NCBI GenBank assembly: GCA_017528675.1
Contig: JAFXOO010000142.1
Location: 1-33,887, forward strand
Direction of reading: 5' to 3'
From: Oscillospiraceae bacterium
Lineage (GTDB): Bacteria; Bacillota; Clostridia; Oscillospirales; Ruminococcaceae
Length of the DNA: 33,887 bases
Numbering within the stretch: the first letter of the stretch is position 1; every line of letters begins with the position of its first letter. The position numbers and the translations under genes were made by a program. Below are positions 24,459 through 33,626 of the stretch, piece by piece. The notes below the pieces were generated by a model. It worked only from the letters and a program-made list of their open reading frames with translations, had not been told where the DNA came from and made no database searches.

Positions 24459-25658
24459 TTACTTGGAAATGAGCGCCAGCGTATCTCTCGCGATCAGCAG
24501 CTCCTCATTGGTCGGAACGACCCATACCTGCACCTTGGAATCGGAGCGGGAAACCTTCTGGAGCTTGCCGTGGATGCCTGCATTGGTCACGGGGTCGATC
24601 TTGATGCCGAGGATATCCATATCCGTGCACACATCCTCACGCACGTCCGGTGCGTTCTCACCGATACCGCCGGTAAACAGCACTGCATCCAGACCGTTCA
24701 TCGCAGCCGCAAAGGCACCGATGTACTTCTTGATCTGGTAAACGAGCATTTCCTTGGACAGCAGCGCTCTCTTGTTGCCCTGCTCCGCTGCAGCGGATAC
24801 GTCACGGTTGTCCGAGCCGACGCCGGAAACGCCCAGGAAGCCGGACTTCTTGTTCATGTAGTCGCTCATCTCAGCCGGTGTGAAGCCGTGCTTCTCCATG
24901 ACAAAGGTCACAGCAGACGGATCCACAGCGCCGGTTCTGGTGCCCATCAGCACGCCGTCGAGGGGCGTGAAGCCCATTGTGGTATCCACGGATCTGCCGC
25001 CGTCAATGGCAGTGATGGAGGAGCCGTTGCCGAGGTGGCAGGATACGATCTTGAGATCCTTGACATCCTTGCCCATTGCCTTGGCGAGCGCCTGGGATAC
25101 GAAGCGGTGAGAGGTGCCGTGGAAGCCATACTTTCTGACATGCAGCTTCTCGTAATCCTCATACGGCAGACCGAACATGAATGCCTTCTCCGGCATGGTC
25201 TGGTGGAATGCCGTGTCGAATACGACTGCCTGCGGTACGGAAGCCGGCATGACGGACTTGCAGGCACGCAGTGCCAGCGCATGGGCATGGTTGTGAACCG
25301 GTGCCAGATCACGCAGCTCGTCGATCTTGTCGATGACCTCATCGGTCACGAGGGTTGTCTCGGAGAAGACCTCAGCGCCCTGCACGATACGGTGGCCGAC
25401 AGCGGAGATCTCGCTCATGTCCTTGATGACAGCGGCATCGCCGGTGGTCAGTACCTCCACGAGCTTCATGAAAGCCTCGGTGTGGGTCGGGAATGCGCAG
25501 TCTGCATCATAGGTTCTTCCGTCAGCGGTCTTGTGGGAAACGTGGCCGTCGATACCGATGCGGTCGCAGTTACCCTTTGCCAGGACGCTCTCGTCCTCCA
25601 TGTTCAGGAGCTGGTACTTCAGCGAGGAACTGCCTGCATTGACAACTAAAATCAGCAT
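24459..25658 (-). CDS. ackA: Acetate kinase
   Basis: MLILVVNAGSSSLKYQL N-terminus, with the rest collinear with AckA. Start ATG 25658 after AAAGGAAG; the ORF-track start 25703 is trimmed. Confidence 0.95.
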   Translation of the reverse strand: MLILVVNAGSSSLKYQLLNMEDESVLAKGNCDRIGIDGHVSHKTADGRTYDADCAFPTHTEAFMKLVEVLTTGDAAVIKDMSEISAVGHRIVQGAEVFSETTLVTDEVIDKIDELRDLAPVHNHAHALALRACKSVMPASVPQAVVFDTAFHQTMPEKAFMFGLPYEDYEKLHVRKYGFHGTSHRFVSQALAKAMGKDVKDLKIVSCHLGNGSSITAIDGGRSVDTTMGFTPLDGVLMGTRTGAVDPSAVTFVMEKHGFTPAEMSDYMNKKSGFLGVSGVGSDNRDVSAAAEQGNKRALLSKEMLVYQIKKYIGAFAAAMNGLDAVLFTGGIGENAPDVREDVCTDMDILGIKIDPVTNAGIHGKLQKVSRSDSKVQVWVVPTNEELLIARDTLALISK

Positions 25659-25719
25659 ATGACTCTTCCTTTCGGTTTTGAAATAAATGGATGCCCCGCA
25701 CAAGCCGGGCAGTCATTAC

Positions 25720-25748
25720 TATTATAACCAATTATCCGGAAAATTGCA
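25720..25748 (-). promoter_or_regulatory. ackA promoter TTGCAA-17-TATAAT (minus strand)
   Basis: TTGCAA 25743-25748 (its own reverse complement) and ATTATA 25720-25725, which reads TATAAT on the minus strand. Confidence 0.6.
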
Positions 25749-25821
25749 AGTGTTTTTTCAAACATTTTACAATTCCGGTAAAAAAGAATGGATTGCACGC
25801 CGTGCAGAAAGGAGCAAAACC

Positions 25822-26802
25822 ATGAATAGGAAACCATTTCTTCCGCTTCTCCTCGTCCTCGCCCTGACGGGATGCAGCGCCGGGACGGAGAGCAGTACGC
25901 CTGCGGCAAACCCGGAGACCGAGCCGGTGACCACATCCGCAGCAGAGGAAACCTCCGGCCCGGAAACAGCCGGGACGGAACCGACAGACGCTCCGACCGA
26001 AGCGCCTACAGACGCTCCGACCGAGCCGCCCACAGAAGCCGCCGATCCGGAGGAGATTGCCTACCGCTTCCTCTCTGAGGAGCTGATCCCGGCAGATGGC
26101 CTGTCCGATCTCCAGCACTATCTTGCGATTGACTGGGAGTTGGCCTCCCCGACCTGCGGAGAGCTTGTGCCGCCGCAGTCCACCCAGGGCATCATCAGCG
26201 CAGCCGTGGAGGATTTCAGCGGTGACGGCGTACCGGAGCTGCTGACGGTTGTGTCGAGGGGCTATCGCATCGACCTGGATTTCTACACGATTGCAGATGA
26301 CACCTGCCGCATGATCGGCAGCTATTCGATTGAGAGCAGCCAGAGCGTGAATATCACCCCGGAAATCAGCATCAAGAACGGCAAAGTGATCGTGGAGTAC
26401 AGCTCCATGGCACTGCCCGGATGCAGCAGCTACGGCAATGCCTTCATCGCTCTTTCCGCCACGGATGGCGGCATCAACACGCTCTGTGAGCTTTCCGGCT
26501 TCCGTGTTCCCGGCTCTATGACGCTGAATGTAAACGGCTCCGTCAAGCTCGATGTGGCCGTGGATGAAATGGAGGATGACAACTCTCATCCGGATATTGA
26601 GCAGGCGGCCATGCAGTGCTTGCAGGATGCCGGTCTGGATCCGGTCAGCGTACAGGCAGGCTGGTCAGAGAGTATGGATCTGAGCTATGGCATTTACCCG
26701 CAGATCGAGGGAAAGACGAAACTCTTTGACACCACCTCTGATGAGGAGAGCAATGTCCGGTTCAATGACTATACCGGCCTGCGGGACAAGCTCGCACAGT
26801 GA
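25822..26802 (+). CDS. Lipoprotein of unknown function (paralog 1, one module)
   Basis: AAAGGAG RBS, ATG 25822, signal peptide with lipobox LALTGC, TE/AP-rich linker, then a module with EIAYRFLSEELIPADGLSD ... GIISAAVEDFSGDGVPELLTVV. The ORF-track start 25687 is trimmed. Confidence 0.8.
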   Translation: MNRKPFLPLLLVLALTGCSAGTESSTPAANPETEPVTTSAAEETSGPETAGTEPTDAPTEAPTDAPTEPPTEAADPEEIAYRFLSEELIPADGLSDLQHYLAIDWELASPTCGELVPPQSTQGIISAAVEDFSGDGVPELLTVVSRGYRIDLDFYTIADDTCRMIGSYSIESSQSVNITPEISIKNGKVIVEYSSMALPGCSSYGNAFIALSATDGGINTLCELSGFRVPGSMTLNVNGSVKLDVAVDEMEDDNSHPDIEQAAMQCLQDAGLDPVSVQAGWSESMDLSYGIYPQIEGKTKLFDTTSDEESNVRFNDYTGLRDKLAQ

Positions 26803-26836
26803 CCGCTGCCAGTATGCAGCAGAAAGGAGCAGGCCC

Positions 26837-28474
26837 ATGAAAATGAAACCATTTCTTCCGCTTCTCCTCGCCCTCGCCCTGACGGGATGCAGCGCCGGGA
26901 CGGAGCGCAGTACGCCGGATGCAGTGCCGGAGACTGTTCCCGTGGCCGATGTCACCGCCGGGGAGACTGCTGAGGTACCCGCTGTAACAGAAGCCCCCAC
27001 AGAGAAGCCCACAGCCCCGCCCTCCGAAGCCATGCGTTATCTCCAGGATGCGCTCGTCCCCCTCTATGGCCTGTCCGAACTCACGCCCTACAGCCCGAAG
27101 CAGGCGCCGCCCGCATCCGCACTGGGCATCCTCAGCGCCGTGGAGCAGGACTTCACCGGCGACGGCACGCCCGATCTGCTCATCGTCCGGCAGGATGAAA
27201 CAGCATGCCTCCTCGACCTTTACACACGCACCGGCGCAGACTATGATCTCGCTTACAGCTATACCTGCTGTTCGGCGGCAGATCAGCCCGCCGCACTGGT
27301 GCATCTCTCGCAGCAGGATGATCTGCTGCTTGTAAACGGCAGCGATGCCTTGCACAGGCGTTATGCTGTCCTCAGAGCCACAGACAGCGGTTTTGAAGAA
27401 ACAGCCGTGCTCGGATATGCCCGCAGTGAAGACTACAGCAATGTCAGCTATACGATCAACGATGTGCCGCAGGAGCTTAAAATGGATCAGCCCGGTGTCG
27501 AGGATCGTCTGAGCCCGTTCGGAGAGCTTGTAGCGCATTCCTGTGATGCCCTGCGCAGCGGCGGTGTCCGCATCCCGGAAACCGAGGCGCTGACGGACAT
27601 CAGCTATTCCTCTAACGCCATCCGCACTGTTTCCGGCATGATCCAGGAGCAGAAGGATATCTTCCGCCATGATTTATCTGATCGTTTCTCTGATGACAGT
27701 ACCGCCTTCGGCATCGACTTCACCGGTCTGCCAAGAGAACAGGCGGCAGACTCGCCGGAGAAAATCGCCCGCCGCTTTCTGCGCACTGAGCTGATCCCGG
27801 CCTGGGGGCTGTCGGATCCCGGCGCCACCTATGATCTGGCGTGGCATGAGGACAGGGGCATCGAGCCGGAGCTGCCCCACGATGCACAGGGCATCGTCGG
27901 TGCCTTCGTGCAGGACTTTGGCGGCACACCGGTGCTCCTGACCATCCGTGCAGAGCGTACCACGCTCGTCCTCGACAGCTACCGCATCGGGGATAACACC
28001 TGCACCCCGCTCGCAAGCCGGACGCTTCCGGGCTGTGCCACCCGGATCTACCGGCAGGGCGACCTGCTGCTGGCCGATCACTTCAGGAACGGGACAAATT
28101 CCTACACGGCAGAGCTGACCGCCCTGCGCCTGACCGCCGACGGCCTGGAGGATGTGCTGCATATCGTCCAGTCCGATACACCCGGCAAGGAGACGCTCCT
28201 GATCGACGGCGCCGAGGTCATGACGGCGGCCGATGTGCTCGACCCGGACAGCGTGAAAGGCACTGTGCAGGCAGCGCTCGGCAAAGCCGGTATCCGCTGC
28301 GAGGACGTTTCTTATCTGATCGCAAGCGAGCTGCCCTATGAGGCTTCCTGTGATATGCTCGTATTCACGCTTTCCGATGAGGACAGCATCCTGACACTCG
28401 GCGGCTTCGGCGCCTACCGGGATGTCTGGCTGGAAGACAAAACCGGTCTGCGTGCATGGCTGCGCCGCAGGTAG
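26837..28474 (+). CDS. Lipoprotein of unknown function (paralog 2, two modules)
   Basis: AAAGGAG RBS, ATG 26837 and the same signal peptide/lipobox. The module occurs twice (AMRYLQDALVPLYGLSE..GILSAVEQDFTGDGTPDLLIV and KIARRFLRTELIPAWGLSD..GIVGAFVQDFGGTPVLLTI). The ORF-track start 26687 is trimmed. Confidence 0.8.
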   Translation: MKMKPFLPLLLALALTGCSAGTERSTPDAVPETVPVADVTAGETAEVPAVTEAPTEKPTAPPSEAMRYLQDALVPLYGLSELTPYSPKQAPPASALGILSAVEQDFTGDGTPDLLIVRQDETACLLDLYTRTGADYDLAYSYTCCSAADQPAALVHLSQQDDLLLVNGSDALHRRYAVLRATDSGFEETAVLGYARSEDYSNVSYTINDVPQELKMDQPGVEDRLSPFGELVAHSCDALRSGGVRIPETEALTDISYSSNAIRTVSGMIQEQKDIFRHDLSDRFSDDSTAFGIDFTGLPREQAADSPEKIARRFLRTELIPAWGLSDPGATYDLAWHEDRGIEPELPHDAQGIVGAFVQDFGGTPVLLTIRAERTTLVLDSYRIGDNTCTPLASRTLPGCATRIYRQGDLLLADHFRNGTNSYTAELTALRLTADGLEDVLHIVQSDTPGKETLLIDGAEVMTAADVLDPDSVKGTVQAALGKAGIRCEDVSYLIASELPYEASCDMLVFTLSDEDSILTLGGFGAYRDVWLEDKTGLRAWLRRR

Positions 28475-28503
28475 CTCAACGAACAAAAAGAAGGAGAATC
28501 ACA

Positions 28504-29706
28504 ATGAAAGTCAGCGCCATCATCTGCGAATACAACCCCCTCCACAATGGCCATGTCTACCACATCGAGGAGACCCGCCGCAACGGAGCCACCCACATCG
28601 TCTGCATCCTGAGCAGCAATTTTGTCCAGCGCGGCGATGTATCGCTCCTGAGCAAATTTGACCGTGCACGCCTTGCCATCCAGGCGGGTGCGGATCTCGT
28701 GATCGAGCTGCCCACGCCCTTTTCCTGCGCCGCCGCCGAGGTCTATGCCTCCGGTGCCGTGTCCATCCTGAACCGGCTCGGCATTGTGGACGAGCTGAGC
28801 TTCGGCAGCTCCACGGGCAACATCGAGGACATCGCCCTCCTGACGGAAGCATCGCTCTCCACCACCAGGATCTACGGCGACCGCATCCGGGAACGTATGA
28901 AGCAGGGCGAATCCTACCCTGCCGCTGTCTGGGAGATTGTCCGGCAGCGCTACGGCAACCAGGTTGCCGGGAAGATGCACGACCCGAATAATCTCCTTGC
29001 GATTGAATATGTCAAGGCGATGCAGCGCCAGAAGGTGCAATTCAAGGCGTTCACCATTCCGAGAAAATGCGTGATGCATGACAGCCCCCTGACCGAGGAG
29101 CACTACGCCAGCGCCAGCTATATCCGGAAATCCGTCATGGAAGGCGAGCTGCGCTATGTGCATTACATGCCACGCTATGCCGCCCGCTATCTCTCTGACC
29201 GTATCGGTGAGGGCAGGGTGGCAACCTTCCGGCAGCTTGAGCGTGTGGCACTCTACCGCATGCGCACCATCACCGAGCAGGAGCTGCTGACGGTTCCGGA
29301 TATGACCGAGCAGCTTGCCGGCCGGTTCTATGCGGCACGGAATGCCAACTCCCTGGAGGAGCTGCTCTCCCAGGTCAAAACAAGGTGCTATACGATGTCC
29401 CGCATCCGCCGGATTGTGATGTGTGCCCTCATCGGCCTGCGTAAGGAGGCGCTGCTGCTTGAACCGCCCTATGCAAGGGTGCTGGCGTTCAGTGACCGTG
29501 GCCGGGAGCTCATGGGCATTGCGCAGAAGAAGACTTCCATCCCCATCAATACCTCCCTTGCAAAGCTCCGGGATGAGGACCGTGCCTGTGAAGTGTTCGT
29601 GAAGATGGAGGAGCGTGCCTCCCATGTCTACGGCCTTGCACAGGGGACGATCTCGTCCGCCGAGGAGGATTTCCGTGCCCGCATTATCAAGGAGGACAGA
29701 GCATGA
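28504..29706 (+). CDS. tmcAL: tRNA(Met) cytidine acetate ligase (TmcAL / YlbM, UPF0348 nucleotidyltransferase)
   Basis: MKVSAIICEYNPLHNGHVYHIEETR N-terminus with an HxGH-type motif; ~400 aa, collinear with the YlbM family. AAGGAG RBS before ATG 28504. Confidence 0.8.
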   Translation: MKVSAIICEYNPLHNGHVYHIEETRRNGATHIVCILSSNFVQRGDVSLLSKFDRARLAIQAGADLVIELPTPFSCAAAEVYASGAVSILNRLGIVDELSFGSSTGNIEDIALLTEASLSTTRIYGDRIRERMKQGESYPAAVWEIVRQRYGNQVAGKMHDPNNLLAIEYVKAMQRQKVQFKAFTIPRKCVMHDSPLTEEHYASASYIRKSVMEGELRYVHYMPRYAARYLSDRIGEGRVATFRQLERVALYRMRTITEQELLTVPDMTEQLAGRFYAARNANSLEELLSQVKTRCYTMSRIRRIVMCALIGLRKEALLLEPPYARVLAFSDRGRELMGIAQKKTSIPINTSLAKLRDEDRACEVFVKMEERASHVYGLAQGTISSAEEDFRARIIKEDRA

Positions 29707-30356
29707 CCATCCGCAGCGTAATCCTCGACATGGATGGCACCCTGCTCGACTCCATGCCCATCTGGCACGAGATTGACATACGGTTTTTTGAGGAAAACGG
29801 TCTGACCTATCCGGAAGGATTATCCGAGCAGGTCAATAAGATGTCGATGGAGGAATGGGCGGAGTTCTTTGTCCGTGAATTTGATATCGCCCATCATACG
29901 CCGGAAAGTGTCATCCGGCGCATCGAGGAGATGGCAGCGGAATACTACACGGAGCGCATCCCGCTCAAGCCCTTTGTCACGGAATTTCTGGATTATCTCG
30001 ATGCTAAGGCAATTCCCTACGGCGTTGCCACGGCAACCTACCGCAGCTCAGCAAGTGCCGCCTTGCAGCGGCTCGGTGTTTTGCAGCGGATGCGGTTTCT
30101 CCTCACCGCCGAGGATGTCCCCGGCGGCAAGACAACGCCTGCGATGTACCGGCGTGCCGCATCTCTGCTCGGCACCGCCCCCGCCGATACGCTTATTGTC
30201 GAGGATGCGCTCCACTGCGTCCGGATGGCTGTGCAATGCGGTTTTCCGGTCGCTGCCGTCCACGATGCGAGCTGCCCGCCGGCGGAATGGGCAGAGATCT
30301 GCCGCCTTACGCCGCTGCATGGGGAAAATCTGCGGGAGATTTTGTTGAATCTGTAG
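29703..30356 (+). CDS. HAD-superfamily hydrolase (subfamily IA, beta-phosphoglucomutase-like)
   Basis: DMDGTLLDS motif I, a T/S motif II region and a VEDA motif near the C-terminus. Overlaps the tmcAL stop by 4 nt (ATGA). Confidence 0.8.
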   Translation: MTIRSVILDMDGTLLDSMPIWHEIDIRFFEENGLTYPEGLSEQVNKMSMEEWAEFFVREFDIAHHTPESVIRRIEEMAAEYYTERIPLKPFVTEFLDYLDAKAIPYGVATATYRSSASAALQRLGVLQRMRFLLTAEDVPGGKTTPAMYRRAASLLGTAPADTLIVEDALHCVRMAVQCGFPVAAVHDASCPPAEWAEICRLTPLHGENLREILLNL

Positions 30357-30367
30357 AGAAAACCAGG

Positions 30368-30393
30368 CGGCACTTATGAAAAGTGCCGTTTTT
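30368..30393 (+). terminator. Intrinsic terminator after the HAD gene
   Basis: CGGCACTT-ATGAA-AAGTGCCG followed by TTTTT. Confidence 0.75.
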
Positions 30394-30416
30394 GGGAACA
30401 TCCCGCCCGTTTTTCC

Positions 30417-30445
30417 TTGACGGAATAGGAAAAATCCGGTATAAT
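30417..30445 (+). promoter_or_regulatory. putP promoter TTGACG-17-TATAAT
   Basis: TTGACG 30417-30422 and TATAAT 30440-30445. Confidence 0.65.
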
Positions 30446-30479
30446 GAAAATGATATTTCCCCGAAAGGAGGCACCCCCA

Positions 30480-32021
30480 ATGGGTTCCGTCAAAATCATC
30501 ATTCTCTGCACCATTATCGCCTATCTGGTGCTGATGGTCGTCATCGGCTTCATCTATTCCAAGAGGAATGACAATGCCGGTGATTTCTACTTAGGCGGCC
30601 GTACACTCGGCCCGATTGTCACCGCCATGAGCGCTGAGGCATCCGACATGTCAAGCTACCTGATCATGGGTCTGCCCGGACTTGCCTATTTTTCCGGTGC
30701 ATCGGAGGTGAGCTGGACAATCATCGGCCTGTTCATCGGCACCTACCTCAACTGGCTCTTTGTTGCAAAGCGGCTGCGCATTTACTCCCAGAAGACCGGC
30801 TCGATCACGATTCCGGATTTCTTCTCTGACCGCTACCGTGACAACAAGCATGTCCTGCTTGGCATTTCCGCACTCATTATCCTGATCTTTTTCATTCCCT
30901 ACACCGGCTCCGGCTTCTCTGCCTGCGGCAAGCTGTTCAATACGCTGTTCGGGCTGGAGTATCACACGGCCATGATTATCAGTGCGGTCATCATCATTGC
31001 CTATACCAGCCTGGGCGGCTTCCTTGCCGCCAGCACGACTGACCTCATCCAGAGCATCGTCATGACACTGGCGCTTGTTGTTCTGGTCAGCTATGGCGTC
31101 GTGCATGCAGGCGGTGTGCAGAATGTCATTGACAATGCACAGTCCATGTCGGGGTATTTCTCGCTGACATCCGGTTACAACGAAGAAACCGGCCAGAGCA
31201 CGCCCTTTGGCTTCTTCCCGATTGTTTCAACGCTGGCATGGGGCCTTGGCTATTTCGGTATGCCGCATATCCTGCTGCGCTTCATGGCAATCCGCAACAA
31301 GGATGAGGTGCGTATCTCCCGCCGCATTGCTTCTATCTGGGTGATTATTTCCATGTTTGTGGCAATGTGCATCGGCTTTATCGGGCGTGCACTCTCTGCA
31401 AACGGCACACTCCGTATCTTCCACGGCAATTCTGATGCAGAAACACTCGTTGTGGAGCTTGCGAACAAGATGAGTGAGCATGGGTTCCTGCTGATTCTGG
31501 CTGCCGGTCTGATCTTCTCCGGTATCCTTGCGTGCACGATGTCTACTTCTGACTCGCAGCTTCTTGCGGCAGCTTCTGCCATGTCCGAAAATATCATCGG
31601 CGGTGTTTTCGGAAAGAAGCTCAATGATAAGCACTCGATGCTGACGGCTCGTATTGTCTGCATTGCAATTGCGGTGCTCGGCGTTGTGATTGCCTGGGAT
31701 CAGAACAGCTCGGTATTCCGGGTGGTTTCCTTTGCGTGGGCCGGATTCGGTGCAACCTTCGGGCCGGTCATGCTGACGGCGCTGTTCTGGAAGCGTTCCA
31801 ACGAGTACGGTGCCATTGCCGGTATGATTGCCGGCGGCGTGACGGTGTTTGTCTGGAAGTTCCTTGTCCGTCCGATCAATGATGCGCTGAATATCTATGA
31901 GCTTCTCCCGGCATTTGTGGTTGCCATGATTGCCATTGTGATCGGCTCGCTGGTAACGGCAGCGCCCGATCAGGAAATGATCGAGGAGTTCGACAGCGTC
32001 CGTGAGGAAGCACATTCGTAA
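30480..32021 (+). CDS. putP: Sodium:proline symporter (SSS family)
   Basis: FYLGGRTLGPIVTAMSAEASDMSSYLIMGLPG block and about 13 TM helices. AAAGGAGG RBS before ATG 30480; the ORF-track start 30444 overlaps the -10 box. Confidence 0.88.
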   Translation: MGSVKIIILCTIIAYLVLMVVIGFIYSKRNDNAGDFYLGGRTLGPIVTAMSAEASDMSSYLIMGLPGLAYFSGASEVSWTIIGLFIGTYLNWLFVAKRLRIYSQKTGSITIPDFFSDRYRDNKHVLLGISALIILIFFIPYTGSGFSACGKLFNTLFGLEYHTAMIISAVIIIAYTSLGGFLAASTTDLIQSIVMTLALVVLVSYGVVHAGGVQNVIDNAQSMSGYFSLTSGYNEETGQSTPFGFFPIVSTLAWGLGYFGMPHILLRFMAIRNKDEVRISRRIASIWVIISMFVAMCIGFIGRALSANGTLRIFHGNSDAETLVVELANKMSEHGFLLILAAGLIFSGILACTMSTSDSQLLAAASAMSENIIGGVFGKKLNDKHSMLTARIVCIAIAVLGVVIAWDQNSSVFRVVSFAWAGFGATFGPVMLTALFWKRSNEYGAIAGMIAGGVTVFVWKFLVRPINDALNIYELLPAFVVAMIAIVIGSLVTAAPDQEMIEEFDSVREEAHS

Positions 32022-32027
32022 ATACCG

Positions 32028-32064
32028 CCCGCAGCCCCTCTTGTCCGGAGAGAGGGGCTGCGGG
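32028..32064. terminator. Bidirectional terminator between putP and the ABC ATPase gene
   Basis: CCCGCAGCCCCTCT-TGTCCGGAG-AGAGGGGCTGCGGG, a 14-bp perfect stem followed by CTTTATT. Confidence 0.75.
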
Positions 32065-32066
32065 CT

Positions 32067-32789
32067 TTATTCGTCCTTCTGATAGGCACGGCAGATCTCC
32101 GCAGGGGCGCCCTCTGCACGGACGCTGCCGTCCTGGAGCCAGATGCACCGGTCGCAGACAGCCGCAAGCTGGGCGGTGTCATGGGAAACAAGCAGAATGG
32201 CTGTGCCGCTGCGGCGGATCTCTTGCAGACGGGCAAAGCACTTTTCCTGAAAGGCGGCATCTCCGACGGCCAGGATCTCGTCAATGAGCAGAATGTCCGA
32301 ACCGACATGCACGGCAACCGAGAATGCAAGACGCATATACATCCCTGAAGAATACGTCCGCACCGGCTCGTGGATGCGGCTGCCAAGCTCCGAAAAGCGG
32401 ATGATGTCGTCCAGACGGCGGTTGGTTTCGGCTCTCGTCAGACCGAATACGGCGGCGTTGGTGCGGATGTTCTCGATGCCTGTGAGGTCGGGGTGAAAGC
32501 CTGCGCCAAGCTCCAGAAGCGCAGAAACACGGCCGTTGACTGTGATGGTGCCCGCATCCGGGCAGAGGATGCCGCTGACGAGCTTCAGGACGGTGCTCTT
32601 GCCGCAGCCGTTGCGCCCGACGAGTCCGACCGCTTCGCCGGGACGTACCCGGAGGCTGAGATTTTGCAGCACGGTGCGGCACCCGGCAGGACGGCGGCGG
32701 AGCAGAAGGAGATCCCGGAGCTGTGCGCCGCCCCCGGACTGCGTGCGGAAGGACTTGCTGACCTGATGCAGCGAAATAGCGTACTCCAT
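32067..32789 (-). CDS. ABC transporter ATP-binding protein, TagH/polysaccharide-polyol-phosphate export type
   Basis: Walker A GRNGCGKST, signature YSSGM and Walker B ILLIDE. ATG 32789 overlaps the permease stop (TAATG). Confidence 0.85.
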   Translation of the reverse strand: MEYAISLHQVSKSFRTQSGGGAQLRDLLLLRRRPAGCRTVLQNLSLRVRPGEAVGLVGRNGCGKSTVLKLVSGILCPDAGTITVNGRVSALLELGAGFHPDLTGIENIRTNAAVFGLTRAETNRRLDDIIRFSELGSRIHEPVRTYSSGMYMRLAFSVAVHVGSDILLIDEILAVGDAAFQEKCFARLQEIRRSGTAILLVSHDTAQLAAVCDRCIWLQDGSVRAEGAPAEICRAYQKDE

Positions 32790-33568
32790 TACAGCACCTC
32801 CGCAAAGCGGCGTTCGAGGCGTGCAAACACGCACCAGCCAAGCAGCAGCACGGTGACACCCTGCACGGCGGCATACAGGAGCGCTGAGGGCGGGGGAAGC
32901 GTACCGCCGCAGAGCATGTCCCGGTAACAGCCGATCAGGGCAGTCATGGGATTGAGTTGCAGCAGCGGGCGGAACCGTGCCGGAATCATGGAGATGTCAT
33001 ATACAACCGGGGTGAGATACATCCAGAGCATGGAAAGAATGCCGAGGATGTGCTCCAAATCCCGGAAATAGACGGTGACAGAGGAAACCAGAAGCGAGAT
33101 GCCGAGGGCGAGCAGGAATTCCGACAGCATGACCGCCGGCAGAAGCAGCAGCGTGCCGGGATGCAGGCGCACACCGGATGCAGACGATGCGGCAAGGACA
33201 ATCAGGAAGCACAGGAGCATGTTGATGAAGCTCCCTGTGACATAGGCGGCAGGGAGGACGGCCCGTGGGAACCAGATTTTCCGGACGAGCTCCTTTTCGG
33301 CAAGGACACAGCCGGCGCCGCCGGTCAGCGAGGCGGAAAAGAACAGCCACGGAATGAGCGCTGTGAACAGAGAGAGCGCATAGTGCTCGGCCGGTGCTTT
33401 CAGGATGTGTGAGAAAATGAACGTATAGACGCCGAGCTGTAGAAGCGGGCTTGCAAATGTCCAGAGAAAGCCGAGAGCGCTGCCCTTATAGCGGCTGCGG
33501 AGATTGCGCTGTACGAGACAGCGGATCATCTCACGGTAGGCATAGAGGGCACGGAGCTGTGCAAACAT
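32789..33568 (-). CDS. ABC-2 type transporter permease (TagG-like)
   Basis: MFAQLRALYAYREMIRCLVQRNLRSRYKGSALGFLW, typical of ABC-2 exporters, with 6 TM helices. Start ATG 33568; the 5' part of ORF 32789-33835 runs through the interspersed repeat and is not coding. Confidence 0.85.
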   Translation of the reverse strand: MFAQLRALYAYREMIRCLVQRNLRSRYKGSALGFLWTFASPLLQLGVYTFIFSHILKAPAEHYALSLFTALIPWLFFSASLTGGAGCVLAEKELVRKIWFPRAVLPAAYVTGSFINMLLCFLIVLAASSASGVRLHPGTLLLLPAVMLSEFLLALGISLLVSSVTVYFRDLEHILGILSMLWMYLTPVVYDISMIPARFRPLLQLNPMTALIGCYRDMLCGGTLPPPSALLYAAVQGVTVLLLGWCVFARLERRFAEVL

Positions 33569-33626
33569 GGCGGAACACTTCCTTTGCGTTTTTCGTAATC
33601 TGTAATAGTATGCCCCGAAAATCATA

